From: Spizellomyces punctatus DAOM BR117
Taxonomy: Eukaryota
Length of the DNA: 64,000 nucleotides
Direction: 5' to 3' (one strand)
Assembly: GCA_000182565.2 (NCBI GenBank)
Contig: KQ257454.1
The first letter of the stretch is position 1, and each line of letters begins with the position of its first letter. A model generated the notes under the pieces. The model saw nothing but the letters and a program-made list of their open reading frames with translations, did no database searches and had not been told where the DNA came from. A program made the translations under genes and the position numbers. Below are positions 40,222 through 51,439 of the stretch, one piece after another.

Positions 40222-40879
40222 GTTCACTTACCGTAAAGAAAAGCCAGCGACCAATCCAAAATCCACTCGTCCACAAATTTTTGCAATACCGTCGTTCATT
40301 TTGTGTACAATCTTTTTCTTTATCCCTTTCTAATTATGCAGAGTGGAGACGCATGCTTTTCGCGCGGAAATGTTCTTTGGAGGATTTCTTTTGTACATTT
40401 TCTTTTTTTTGATATGGCAGTGTGAGCTGGGACATGTGTGTGCATCGTACCGTTGGAGTTACTTTGTTAAAAATTCTTGATTTATGTGCACTTGAAGTGC
40501 GTTGGTGGGGAATGTGGAATAGTGTTCCATTTTATATGGCAATTTCAAGAGTTTTATACCTCGTTAAAAACGCTGACTCAAAGTCGTTTTGGAAGACGTC
40601 AATGATACGTAGTTTGCATATGGCCTCATTCTTTTGTCATCTTGGCGGACCGCGGTCGGTACGAGGTGGTCTGACGACTGGTCTTATGCCACAAAGCTAA
40701 TATGCATTAGAGGACTGCAATAGGGCGATTAGCGGCAAATTTTGAGAAATATCTTTTGTTTATGAAGCGCAAAAGTACGTTCTTGTACAGCGAAAAGATC
40801 CGCTGGGCGTAATGCATTGTGCAATCTACCGAAATAAAACAAATATATTAATTTGAGACGGTAGTGAGTAATCAAAAAC

Positions 40880-40950
40880 GCGCTGATGGTGTAGTGGCAA
40901 CATGTGAGCTTCCCAAGCTTACGCCCGGGGTTCGATTCCCCGTCAGCGCA
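40880..40950 (+). tRNA. tRNA-Gly (anticodon CCC), intronless
   Basis: Acceptor stem GCGCTGA/TCAGCGC, D arm GTGT-AGTGGCA-ACAT, anticodon arm TGAGC-TTCCCAA-GCTTA, T arm CGGGG-TTCGATT-CCCCG; T6 Pol III terminator near 40971. Confidence 0.95.
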
Positions 40951-41211
40951 TGTCCAGGTCACCTTGCGTATTTTTTCCCGTTCAGAGATCCACCTCGTAT
41001 AGGCATCATCAATGCCATTAACATGATGATGCCATTAATAAACGTCAATAAAGGCAGCAAAAAACATACGTGAAAATAAGCTATCATTTTTACTGTAAGA
41101 TATAAACAAAAAGACCAACAATGACGACGCTTCCATCTATCCCCTCAAAACAACCCTCCTCAAAAATGTACAAAAAAGAAAAACTACACATCCAAGTGAA
41201 GAATACACCTC

Positions 41212-43273
41212 TCACATCCGAAATCCCTCAAACGATGTACTCATCATATCCACATCCTCATCCTCATCTCTCGATCCCTGAATGGCCACACCCAAAGCAC
41301 GATCGTCATCCTCTTCCTCTTCCTCATCATCATCGTCACCGTCGCTCGCATCATCTTCATCATTTTCCCATTCCTGATACAGCCCGTCAATAAAACGTTT
41401 GGAAACCGGTAAAGACATGGGATCAAATGGGAAAAAGGCTTCCAATCGCTCTGCAACATTGGAAGGGGGGATATCGGGGGTTATGATTCCGGGTGTTTGA
41501 TTCTGTGCGGGTCGAGGGTGGATAGGGAACCGACGANNNNNNNNNNNNNNNNNNNNNNNNNNNNNNNNNNNNNNNNNNNNNNNNNNNNNNNNNNNNNNNN
41601 NNNNNNNNNNNNNNNNNNNNNNNNNNNNNNNNNNNNNNNNNNNNNNNNNNNNNNNNNNNNNNNNNNNNNNNNNNNNNNNNNNNNNNNNNNNNNNNNNNNN
41701 NNNNNNNNNNNNNNNNNNNNNNNNNNNNNNNNNNNNNNNNNNNNNNNNNNNNNNNNNNNNNNNNNNNNNNNNNNNNNNNNNNNNNNNNNNNNNNNNNNNN
41801 NNNNNNNNNNNNNNNNNNNNNNNNNNNNNNNNNNNNNNNNNNNNNNNNNNNNNNNNNNNNNNNNNNNNNNNNNNCAGAAATTGTGTGCATCGCAGTTTAT
41901 GGGTGGTAGTCTTGTGCGAATCAAAGACGTTCAAAAGAACGTCAAACAAAACCCCGTAGCGGGTCTCCAGGATTCTGGGCAGCAAAATCCTGTATGTACT
42001 GAAAGACCAACCGCAACATTGCATCCAACTTTTCTACAACTTGCTTGAAATCCACCGCTATTGGAGAAATTTCCTCCTCATCATCAGAACCAAAGTCTAA
42101 ATCATCCTCATCCTCGTCACCATTAGCGTCGGTGGCCATGCCAGTTTGCGCCTTACTCCATACGCTATCCGGATTATCCGTCTCCGTAGTAAAGACTGTT
42201 CGTTGGACTTCTTCCCATAAATCATCGTCCAAATCATCCAATTCCACCTGAATTTCGACCTAAGAATGAATCAACATGTGAGCGCGTGAGATGTCTGGAA
42301 ATCGGGACAGAACGATCAAATGATCGATTGAGACAACGTTTTCCCATTTTACTTACATCAATTTGCACAATACGATCTATTATAAGCGCCAAAACTTGAT
42401 CTCGCAATACAGGAGCATATTCTACTATGCGTAGGACATTTCGAAGGTAGTATACGTGTACGTCTAGGGCTTCGCGTTTGTGAGGAAAATTTTCGGTGAT
42501 GATGGAAAGCATAAAAGATGGACCGGTGGGTATCAGTGCGAGGACACTTCGAAGCATGTTATGCACACGATCAAAGTGCAGTGAGGGCGCTATTGACGAG
42601 TTACCTCCTACAACCACCAAATGCCACTATTAATGAATGTTGCATCGTCGTAGATTCTCATGACTCTCACCTTCACGGAGGTTTCGTACAAGCATTCTCG
42701 TTACAGGGGCTACATAAACCGCATGGGCGCTGACAAGGTTTTGAATTAAATGGCCATAGACGGCCACGGTCTCGTCTTCGCACGACACCCAATCCAGTGA
42801 AAGGATCGCGTCCACCATGTCATGGAAAGTGGGTGTAAGGCTGGAAACTATTTGAGAGAAGGCGCGTAGCCAATACACCAGGGAGGATGAAGGGAGACAA
42901 CCGGATTGGGGTGGTCGTCGCGACAAGATATCAATAATAATAAGGTAAAGTGAAGAGTCACCCTACATGAATTCCAGCCAGATATACCGTTAGAACATGC
43001 ACCCTGCGGCCGCAGCTGGAACTCAGGAAACAGAACAGAGAGACTGACCTCCAATTTATTCCGTAAAGCAGTTCCAATTTGTTTCACAATAATGCCCACA
43101 TCTTGTACATTAAGCGTGGAGGTCCGCTGATTGGACGATACCTCGGCCTCAACGGACATAGGCGATAGCGGAGCGGGCATATCGAATCGAACGCTCTTCT
43201 GCGGTTTCACTGCACCCGCCTTTCTCAAGATAGTTGGAGAAGCAGTGACGAGTGGGCGGTCTATCGATACCAT
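41212..43273 (-). CDS. RRN3: RNA polymerase I initiation factor Rrn3/TIF-IA, interrupted by an assembly gap
   Basis: NLVSAHAVYV, ENFPHK, IIDRIVQIDVEIQ, KLDAMLRLVF, LEAFFPFDPMSLPVSKRFI, acidic tail; probable indel errors next to the gap. Confidence 0.88.
41537..41874. other. Assembly gap (Ns) inside RRN3
   Basis: Run of 338 N. Confidence 0.99.
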
Positions 43274-43696
43274 TGTGCGCCGCTCCCAATCGGAAACCGT
43301 GATTGTCGACTCCAATGCCTGTCTTTTGATGTCCTCCCCCTCCGTCTCGGCTATTGATAAAACTATTTCTAGACCTGTTCGCCTACCACCTTCAGCAAAA
43401 TCCTGGAGGAAAAGTCAAGATAGGATATGCTGCTTGCGTTCTGACAAAACAAACCAGGCACGTGAAACGTCATTGATTGGTTGATTGCTTCAAGTATTTT
43501 ACCCTTATATAGCCACATTATATGGTGAGGTAATCAACGTTGAGGGTCGGAGTGCGCCGATCAGGCATTGGAGAAAAGTATCCGAATCGACCAAAAATGA
43601 CTTTTTGGAAAAAGTTGCATCGCGGTGATAGAAACATAAAGTCCAACCCCTCTTGATGTGAATTACCCCAATTTTCTCTTTTTATCCCATCTCATC

Positions 43697-45718
43697 ATGC
43701 AAGCGCCGGCCTCACCTCCCCCAACACCACCCATCAAGGTCCTTCACAAAGTTCAAACCCCAACAACACATCTTACAAAATGGCATAATTCAACCCAGCG
43801 TCGACGAGGGCCATCCGACATTGTGTTTGGAGATCATCGACATTTTCCGCACACAGATCAATTCCTATCAACAATGCGCACTGATTACGACGGGCAGCGG
43901 CTAGATCCAGCGAACATCAAAGTGGCTCAGGAAACAGCCGCAAATAGATGTGGCCCTGATGTCCATGTTCCAGTGGGCCCAGCTGGAAAGCCATTGGGAA
44001 TCAATACGGCAGATAAACGAGAAGGGCATATAGCGTTTGGGGATCGGAGTAAGGTCTCTGATTCACATTTTGAGAGTGTAACTGATTCGAGCTACAAATG
44101 TCCACCGCCAATAACGGCGAAGATAAGTCGAGGTATGTCCTGAATCAATAGTTCAAAGGGCTACTGGAATTATTGCTGACTGTTTCATGTGTAATTTTTA
44201 GGCATGGGTGCTGGTGAATCTGATATCAATGTCAAGAACCTCCCTCCGTCGCAGCAGTTTCACCATAAGGCCCTGACAGCTATTAGCGCAGCTCACGTCG
44301 GCTTGGAAACCCGCAAAGACCTACCCATCGATGACAAACGGTTCCACAATTATGTGACAACTCACCAAGCTGCTTACGCTACAAAAGGTACCATGCACGA
44401 TGTGGCGGAGGGCAAGGGACAAGCTGGCGGTTATTGTAGAAACAATCGTGCTAGTGATATCCCGTTAGGTGATCCCGCCAAGGAACGAAACTATGACACT
44501 ATGGCCCGAAAGTCGTACATTGATCATGGGCGTGATGCTTACACTAAACCAAAGATCATTCCACCGCCACGACCAGCCCGTAATCTGCTGGCAATGGATG
44601 CGCGGACGAACAATGAAGACGCTACATTTACCTCCACAACGGCGCAAACATACAAGGGTCATACCATCCATCCTATTCACCGGGAGACCCAAGTAAACCC
44701 AGGACAACTCAGCAGCAAAAGCTCCATTGCATTGGGAGAAGAAGGAGCGCAATACCGTCAAACAGAAACGTCCGTTTCTCGTCGCGACTATGTGCATGAC
44801 CCGCAAGCTTCCCAAGCTGCTCGTCACTTGGCACGATCTTCCGTTGCTGATCGGTTGTTGAGCAAGCCAGGGATTCACACAGCCATCCAACCTAACCCAG
44901 TAGCTCAAAGAGACTTGGAGTCAAGCACATCGGCATCCTACCGGGTACCCGAACATATGGCGGCCTTAAAACCACTTGCTAATAGGCGATCGGCGGGAGT
45001 CCGCTCCATTGCAGCTATGGGGACCCGCGAAGGAAACGGCCACAGCAAGGCAGATATGATGGCTGTATCGACTGTCCCAACCGGTGATCCAACTCATTTC
45101 AATTTCAACACATCCACCACCACGAATTCCACCTTTTATCAGCCATATGAAAATTTCAAAATGATACCGCATCCCATTCTAGGCGCCAACATCACAAAAT
45201 CCAGTTTCAAATTCAGCGAACCCGAAGACGAACTGAAACCAGCGGATCGTTTCCGCTCTTCTACACATTCTGCGTTCATTCCACACGACGTAACCGTGGA
45301 TCCGGTCGTACACCGTCGCCCACCACGTTCCACACTACATCTCGACGGATCGGTCGAGGCGTTACCGATGTGGGCGAATGAAACAACGCAACAGGCCCAC
45401 TATCGTCCTCCAGTCACTTCAGCTGTCCATGACCGACACGGTAGGTATATGGCCGTGGCACCAAAATCGACAGCAAAGCCTCTCTTGTTTCCGGTGAAGA
45501 CAGCGCACATCACGCCTGATCAAATATACCAGTCAACGACACACAAGTTTTTCAGGTCGCGTGAAGGTCTGAACTTTGAGCATGGGGAAAATATGGTGGA
45601 TAGAAAAGTCAGAAGGGGAATGAGAGGCAGCTCGGTTCCCTTTGGTGATCAAACCGTCTCCTACTACAAGGAGCTGACAGTAAAGAAAGGACCAGAGCCA
45701 GTAGTTGCAGCGTCCTGA
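43697..45718 (+). CDS. Repeat protein resembling SAXO/TEX45-type axonemal microtubule inner proteins
   Basis: Two exons, ~650 aa, with about 11 repeats of [S/T][T/S]xxx[D/S/A][Y/F], often preceded by S-x-[I/V]-x-[F/L]-G-D. Coding status is secure; the family call is inferred. Confidence 0.65.
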
Positions 45719-45814
45719 TCATTTTTTGTTGATGCTGTTCGCGTAAACGATGGTAAAAACTAGCATGTGGCAAAGCTATCTTGTTAATAAAATCACAGGA
45801 AGAAAAATAATATA

Positions 45815-47394
45815 TCATTCATCTTCAAAACCCAATTTTTCTCTGGCATATTCTACAAATGAGTCAATCAATACAGGCCATGCACTATCTGTGTCGTGAT
45901 TGCTGAAGTTTTCGTCAGATGTTCGGATGAATTCAAGTAACTGTCCATGAAATGGGAAAAAAGGATCTGAGCATTATGCGAAGACTAATTAGCCTACAGC
46001 ACCAGCATATACCAGATTCCACGTGTCTTTGCTGATTGCTTTCCCATGTTTTTCCTGTGCGCAGAACTCATTTTAACGGCTTCAATCTATGTAGTTGAGG
46101 AAGAAACCTTTACGGGACATACCCGAAGAAACTCGACCCATAAATCTAAGTGCTTAAACTTGTCCTTCAATAATAATTCCCAAAAAGCAATTGCAGTATC
46201 TAGCCCTGTAACAGTACCCGCAAAGAAAGAGATATTAGGGTATATGAATTTGATATGGACACAGAGCCATTTACCTAAACTCTTCTGGTTTTCTGCTCGC
46301 GCAAAGCTGAAGGTATAATTATAAACGTCCCTGAATTTTGACGGGTCTTTCAGCTCTTCCCGTAAAGATGGAATGACTTCTCGCATTTTTTCGATTGTAT
46401 CACACCTATCGGGTGCATGCACGAGATCAGCATAAAGGCTTGAAATCAAAGTTCGAATCAAGATCCTACCCCAAATTTGTCCACCCTTCCATCCATCCCT
46501 TTCTTCGAAAGTCACACATTCGAGGACTTTGTAGGTGCCAGGCTAGTACGAGGGTTACGACATCGGTTGGGTCAACTTCTAGGTCATCTAGTTCCAGCGT
46601 GTGCTACCAGTTAGTAATCTTGGGCCAGCAAAAGGTCATGGTGTGTGTACTTACTACATAGCGATTCAGTGCCATCCACCAGGATAGCATCTTCGTCGGG
46701 ATCTGAAAGGGTTACAATCAAGCTCTGTAAGAGTCGGGGTATACCATACGAACAAAATTTCAATCCTACTGACCTTTGTATTTGTCGAACAGCGCGGACA
46801 GTTTACGTTGATCAGCGCCCGCCCATGTTCGCCCATTTGCAGTTGCGCCACCCGTTGCGAAAAATGCGTCTACAGCTGCCTCCAAGTTCCAGTCTACCGA
46901 TGACAAAGATTCGCGGTCATTGGTTTTTCCCTCAATCGCGCTATAAGTCTGACAAGTGGAATGCTTACTGTTTTCTTTCAGAAACTTCTGTGCGGTCTTG
47001 TCACTATAAGAGCCGGGCGGAAAAGGGTTATATTAGATTTAGTTCCATGATAATGGTCCAAGGTGTTTCAACTAGGTCATTGTGGACTCCCTTCTCAATG
47101 CTCAGTAAAGTATATCAGAGCTGTCCGAATGTTATTTTCGAGTGGTCTAAGCGTTACTCTCCTGGATAATACGCCTCCCACTTTCTATTGTCATGCCAAA
47201 TTCCCAAGCATTGTACGTGTTCACCGTTACTTGGTTCCCGCCTTACTTTGCATTGGTGAATCCCACAAACTGTTTGATCTTTTCTCGTTGGGCAGGCTTG
47301 ATTGATCCCCCTGTGAAAAATGACTTAAAGGTGTAGATGTCGATTAGCAAACATGCCCATCTTGATCCTTTGGGCGTAGTTGAACTAGTACCAT
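45815..47394 (-). CDS. DCN1: DCN1-like cullin neddylation E3 (UBA-like + PONY domain)
   Basis: QREKIKQFVGFT...NWNLEAAVDAFF, LFDKYK, FRDVYNYTFSFARAENQKSL, AIAFWELLL, WPVLIDSFVEY. Confidence 0.9.
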
Positions 47395-48691
47395 GTCTTT
47401 CTGACGTGATTTACTTTCAATCCGTGATCGGAGAGCTGGTGCAAAGTAGATTCGACAGAATGGCTGTAACAGATCGAGTACGTGATGCGCAGGTCAGCGG
47501 CGTGATGTTCTTTCCAATCCCGGTCAGACTTGCACACCATCCAATCCGTAATGTCGGGAGCAGCGCACTTTGTTAATTTAAAATTTGCCATCCGATCGAC
47601 GCTTACCTGGCTGACGTAATCGCACTGACCTCTGTCTTAATTGTGGATATCGCACACCGTCAAATGTCGAAAAGGCATGTAATGGATATAGTCAGGAAAA
47701 GAGTTACTACACTACCGTCACAAACAATGCTGGCTGTTGCTGGGTAATACTCCAAAGCCCCAACATCCGGTAAGCTATTTCTAATCATCCTGCTTTGTAG
47801 TCGCCTAGAAGGTGGAGCTCGATCCCTGCGGTATCGGGAATAAAGAAAGCCAAATACCATTGGATCAAACCAGTAGATGCAAACCAGCCGGGGAACTAGA
47901 CAGCAATGATTGAAGGGCCTTTGGTAGCGGACGCCGTGTCCGAGGTGGTTGTCGTCGGGGTAGCTCCAGGGAAGAAAGGTAAGACCTGCAGAGATGTCAA
48001 GAACTGATGAAGAAGCGAGGCACAATAGCAATCTTGAGAACGAGAAAGGAGCAGAATGATACACGAAGGAATGGATACTGCCTGCATCTTCCTTCATATT
48101 CTGAGGGCACGTGACCGTGCTGATACGACATACGTTGCAAATGCCCCGACCCAATGCTTTTCCCTTCCCTTATTTCCGCTATCTGCTTTGTATCCAGATC
48201 ATATCTCCTCAGAATTGGTGCATCGTTTTTATCCCAATATACTGCACATCATTCCAATCTATTGCCCCTTTATGACTTTTTAACTCGGTGACAATTACCG
48301 AAGATAGTAGTGTTTTTACACACTGTTAATGCAAGGTTTAATCCTTTTAGCTTTTACAATAATGGTCAGCAAAGGATCACGGATAAAGCTGAAATTATTC
48401 ATGTGTCCATTTACCTGAGCCTGCTTTTATACATCGGTGGTAGTTCCTCATGTTTGAGGATACTTCCTTACATAGAAAAATAAGTACTTTTTTCCAATGG
48501 TCACTTCCATAGGATAAGAGTAACATTCAACTGTATCTTCTTTAATTTTCCTAACTGATGATTGTCCACCAAAATACAGTACTGTAGTCCGTCATCATGC
48601 ACGTGACCACTCTCACGATCGGGGAAACCAACCAGATGAGCATGACTGTTGATCCGCGATCTCGTCGCCGAGATTCATCTCACTTGTTCTC

Positions 48692-49897
48692 ATGTCTGAT
48701 CCTGCTGTTCAAGTTTCGAACCTCACCTTTGGTTTCGGTGGTCCGTCCCCGATTTTGAAGGACCTTTCCTTCTCCGTTCCTCGCGGTGGCCGTTGCCTCT
48801 TGGTCGGCGCAAACGGGGCGGGTAAATCAACATTACTGACGATCCTCGCAGGCAAGCGTTTAGTCAAAAATAGTGGAGTGAGAGTAATTGGGAAGAATCC
48901 TTTTGATGATGGAGCACAGGTCAGTATAGTGCATGCGACCTCTTTGTCTACCCTGAGTTGCAGATTATCGGTCGAAGTTTCACACTTATCATGACGTTTC
49001 TATGCAGAATATCACTTATCTCGGCACAGAATGGGCTCATAACCCTATTGTGCGCCGGGACGTTCCTGTATCTCGTCTGCTCAGATCTCTTGGCGCACAG
49101 CGGTATCCAGATCGGTGTGCGGAACTACTGGAGATCATGGACGTGGACCCTGACTGGCATATGCACGAAGTATCCGATGGTCAACGGCGCCGTGTACAAA
49201 TTGTTCTAGGTACTGGGATGAGATTTTGCTTTTTGTCTGCAATGGACAATTGAGGATGTCAACTTTGGCTCATATTATGTGTTATTCTATGCACAGGTCT
49301 GATGGAGCCATGGTTGGTACCCCAGCTCAGTAGATTTGCGCCTTCGTGTCGCCTGCTTATACTCTCTACCTGCAAGGGAGCTTCTATTGTTGGACGAAGT
49401 CACCGTCGACTTGGACGTACTGGTGCGCGCCGAGCTTCTCTCGTTTCTGCGCAAAGAAACCGAAACACGCAACGCAACCATTCTATACGCAACCCACATC
49501 TTCGATGGCTTGGGAGGATGGCCCACGCATGTCGCACACATAGTAGATGGGGTGGTCGATGTAGTCAGAGACCTAACAAGTCCTTCTGGGTTTCCAGAGC
49601 TGACGGAAGCTAAACGGACGAGAATGGAACAGGCTGGTGCAGTCGGTGCATCCGTGCTGGACAACTCGCCCTTGTTGATGGTGGTAGAGAAGTGGCTCAG
49701 AGATGATAGTAGTAGGATCCGCAAGGAAGGAAGGAGAAATCAAGAAGGGAAAGTGATGACCAAGTGGGAAATTCTCAGTGAAAACATGAAAGAGGTACTT
49801 GCCTTCCTTGCGCTCTGTGCTAATTTTTACGGCGCAATTTAATCCTAACCTGTGGTCTTTTCAGTATGGCGACAAGTTCTATAATTATTGGAATTGA
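48692..49897 (+). CDS. CAF16: Soluble ABC ATPase Caf16
   Basis: Walker [15 protein letters not shown], signature [10 protein letters not shown], Walker [21 protein letters not shown]; ends [10 protein letters not shown]. Confidence 0.92.
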
Positions 49898-50244
49898 AAC
49901 CACATCAAAGAACGGTAACATGATGCACTGCAGATGATGCCTGGATAGCTTATAGATGCAAGTAGGCATACACCATTTTGAAGGGTAAATTATCATAATA
50001 GTGATTGACATGAGAAATGCACGAGACGGCATTTCATATCGCGTCATGTGTTCTCAACGGTACGCCCTTACTCGCTCATTGAACGCATACACCGCTGTAT
50101 ATCCATAATGATGATGTTACCGCCCCGAAGAATATATGAACAAGTATGAAGATATGCTGAAGCAAACAATTTGCTCGCCTAACGCCGTTGTCCTGCATCC
50201 CTCACCGGTGTGCCGCAAATGGACACAGGGTATCCTTGCAACCC

Positions 50245-51201
50245 TCAAGCTTCAGTCGTGTAGTAGGTCGTTCTGGAGCATTCTGTCAAGTCCCAATCTT
50301 GCCATGAGCACTTACTTTCACTTGGAGACTGTATATACGTTAGGACTTACGCTCCGCAATTTTCCGCGCCAAGTCGGCTTTCTCGAAACAATCGTCCGAC
50401 CGTAACCCCCGTTCTTGCAGAATGTTTTTGAGATCTTTCACAGAGTGTCCCATGAGATCTTCATAACTTTCCTTGACAAGAGGCAGTGCGCGTTGCTTGG
50501 GCATGTTGCGGGATGTAGCCTGTTGAGCCAAGGCTGCCAGTTTACTCTCGAATTCAGGGTCCGCGGGGTGACCTGCCCAAGCAATGCGTCCGTTGGTATC
50601 AACGAGAAAGACATGAGGGATACCACGGGCACCAGAGGGTATAAAGAGCTTATTGCGCGCATCATGCTGTGCATCTATCGCAACTGTGTAGTCCATACTG
50701 GACCCTTGCGAATTGACGAAAGATCGAATTTTCTACAAACAGTACAGTCCAATGTGAACCGGCTGGGTTGAGCAAATGCGGGCAAAAATTATGATGGCGT
50801 TCACAGCAAACAAACAAGCTATTTACATTTTCATCATTCTCATCTGTGATCCCGATGAAATAGACATCTTTGTCGCGATACTTTCGTTGAAGCTCGGATA
50901 GATGCTTGAAATGCCATTATAACATCAGACGAGGTCGGGGAAACATCGATTGTGTACACATAATACATACTGGGAAGACTTGACGGCAAGGTCCGCACCT
51001 GTGTTCCGATGCTCAGAATTAACTGTCACGGCACTGCCGCGAGGAACAATCGATTTCTGATCTTTACCAAGTTGCCCAAAACTCGATAACGAGAACACGT
51101 TTGTGACCTTCAGGGGCACTGGCCGATATCTGAACAGGCTCGCCCTTGACGAATAGGAGTCCCGAGATGGTGGGGAGCGGTTGCCCTATCAGTTGCGACA
51201 T
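50245..51201 (-). CDS. TlpA-like thioredoxin (WCGPC) with C-terminal SAP/ARMET_C-like domain
   Basis: Spliced [26 protein letters not shown]...GIPHVFLVDTNGRIAWAGHP, then SVKDLKNILQERGLRSDDCFEKADL. The 3' end is either 50340 or 50245. Confidence 0.85.
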
Positions 51202-51439
51202 TGTTGTTAGATGGAAATACGTTTCGAGGAGGAGAAACGAAATAGGTGTTTGGTCATCAAAATCCATGCACGTGAGAGCCTGTTGCTTACGTGTTCGAAA
51301 TTCCGCCAAGACGTCTATTTACGGACATCGGAGGTTTGCTCCCTGAGCGTGGCTTCTTCGCTAGATAAAGCTTTCCCTTTTTGATGCGTTTAGATTAAAC
51401 GTTTGCTTGCACGCTTTTCATACAACTCACCTTGAAGAT

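Noticed and set aside
38838-40412. 524-aa ORF as a single-exon gene
   Set aside because: It reads through frame-preserving introns, one of which interrupts the bZIP basic region.
41875-41960. Frameshift and premature stop in RRN3 (DPLRGFV* versus LFDVLLNVFD in another frame)
   Set aside because: Several apparent 1-nt indels within 90 bp of a contig end in an essential gene; low-quality sequence is far more likely than a pseudogene.
47139-47155. tRNA D-arm-like CGAGTGGTCTAAGCG in a DCN1 intron
   Set aside because: No B box or cloverleaf.
47311-47360. GC-AG first intron for DCN1 starting from ATG 47360
   Set aside because: The branch point would be too close to the donor; ATG 47394 with a GT donor and AAG acceptor gives an in-frame model.
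50970-51070. Selenocysteine in the thioredoxin active site
   Set aside because: Both CGPC cysteines are TGC codons; there is no in-frame TGA.
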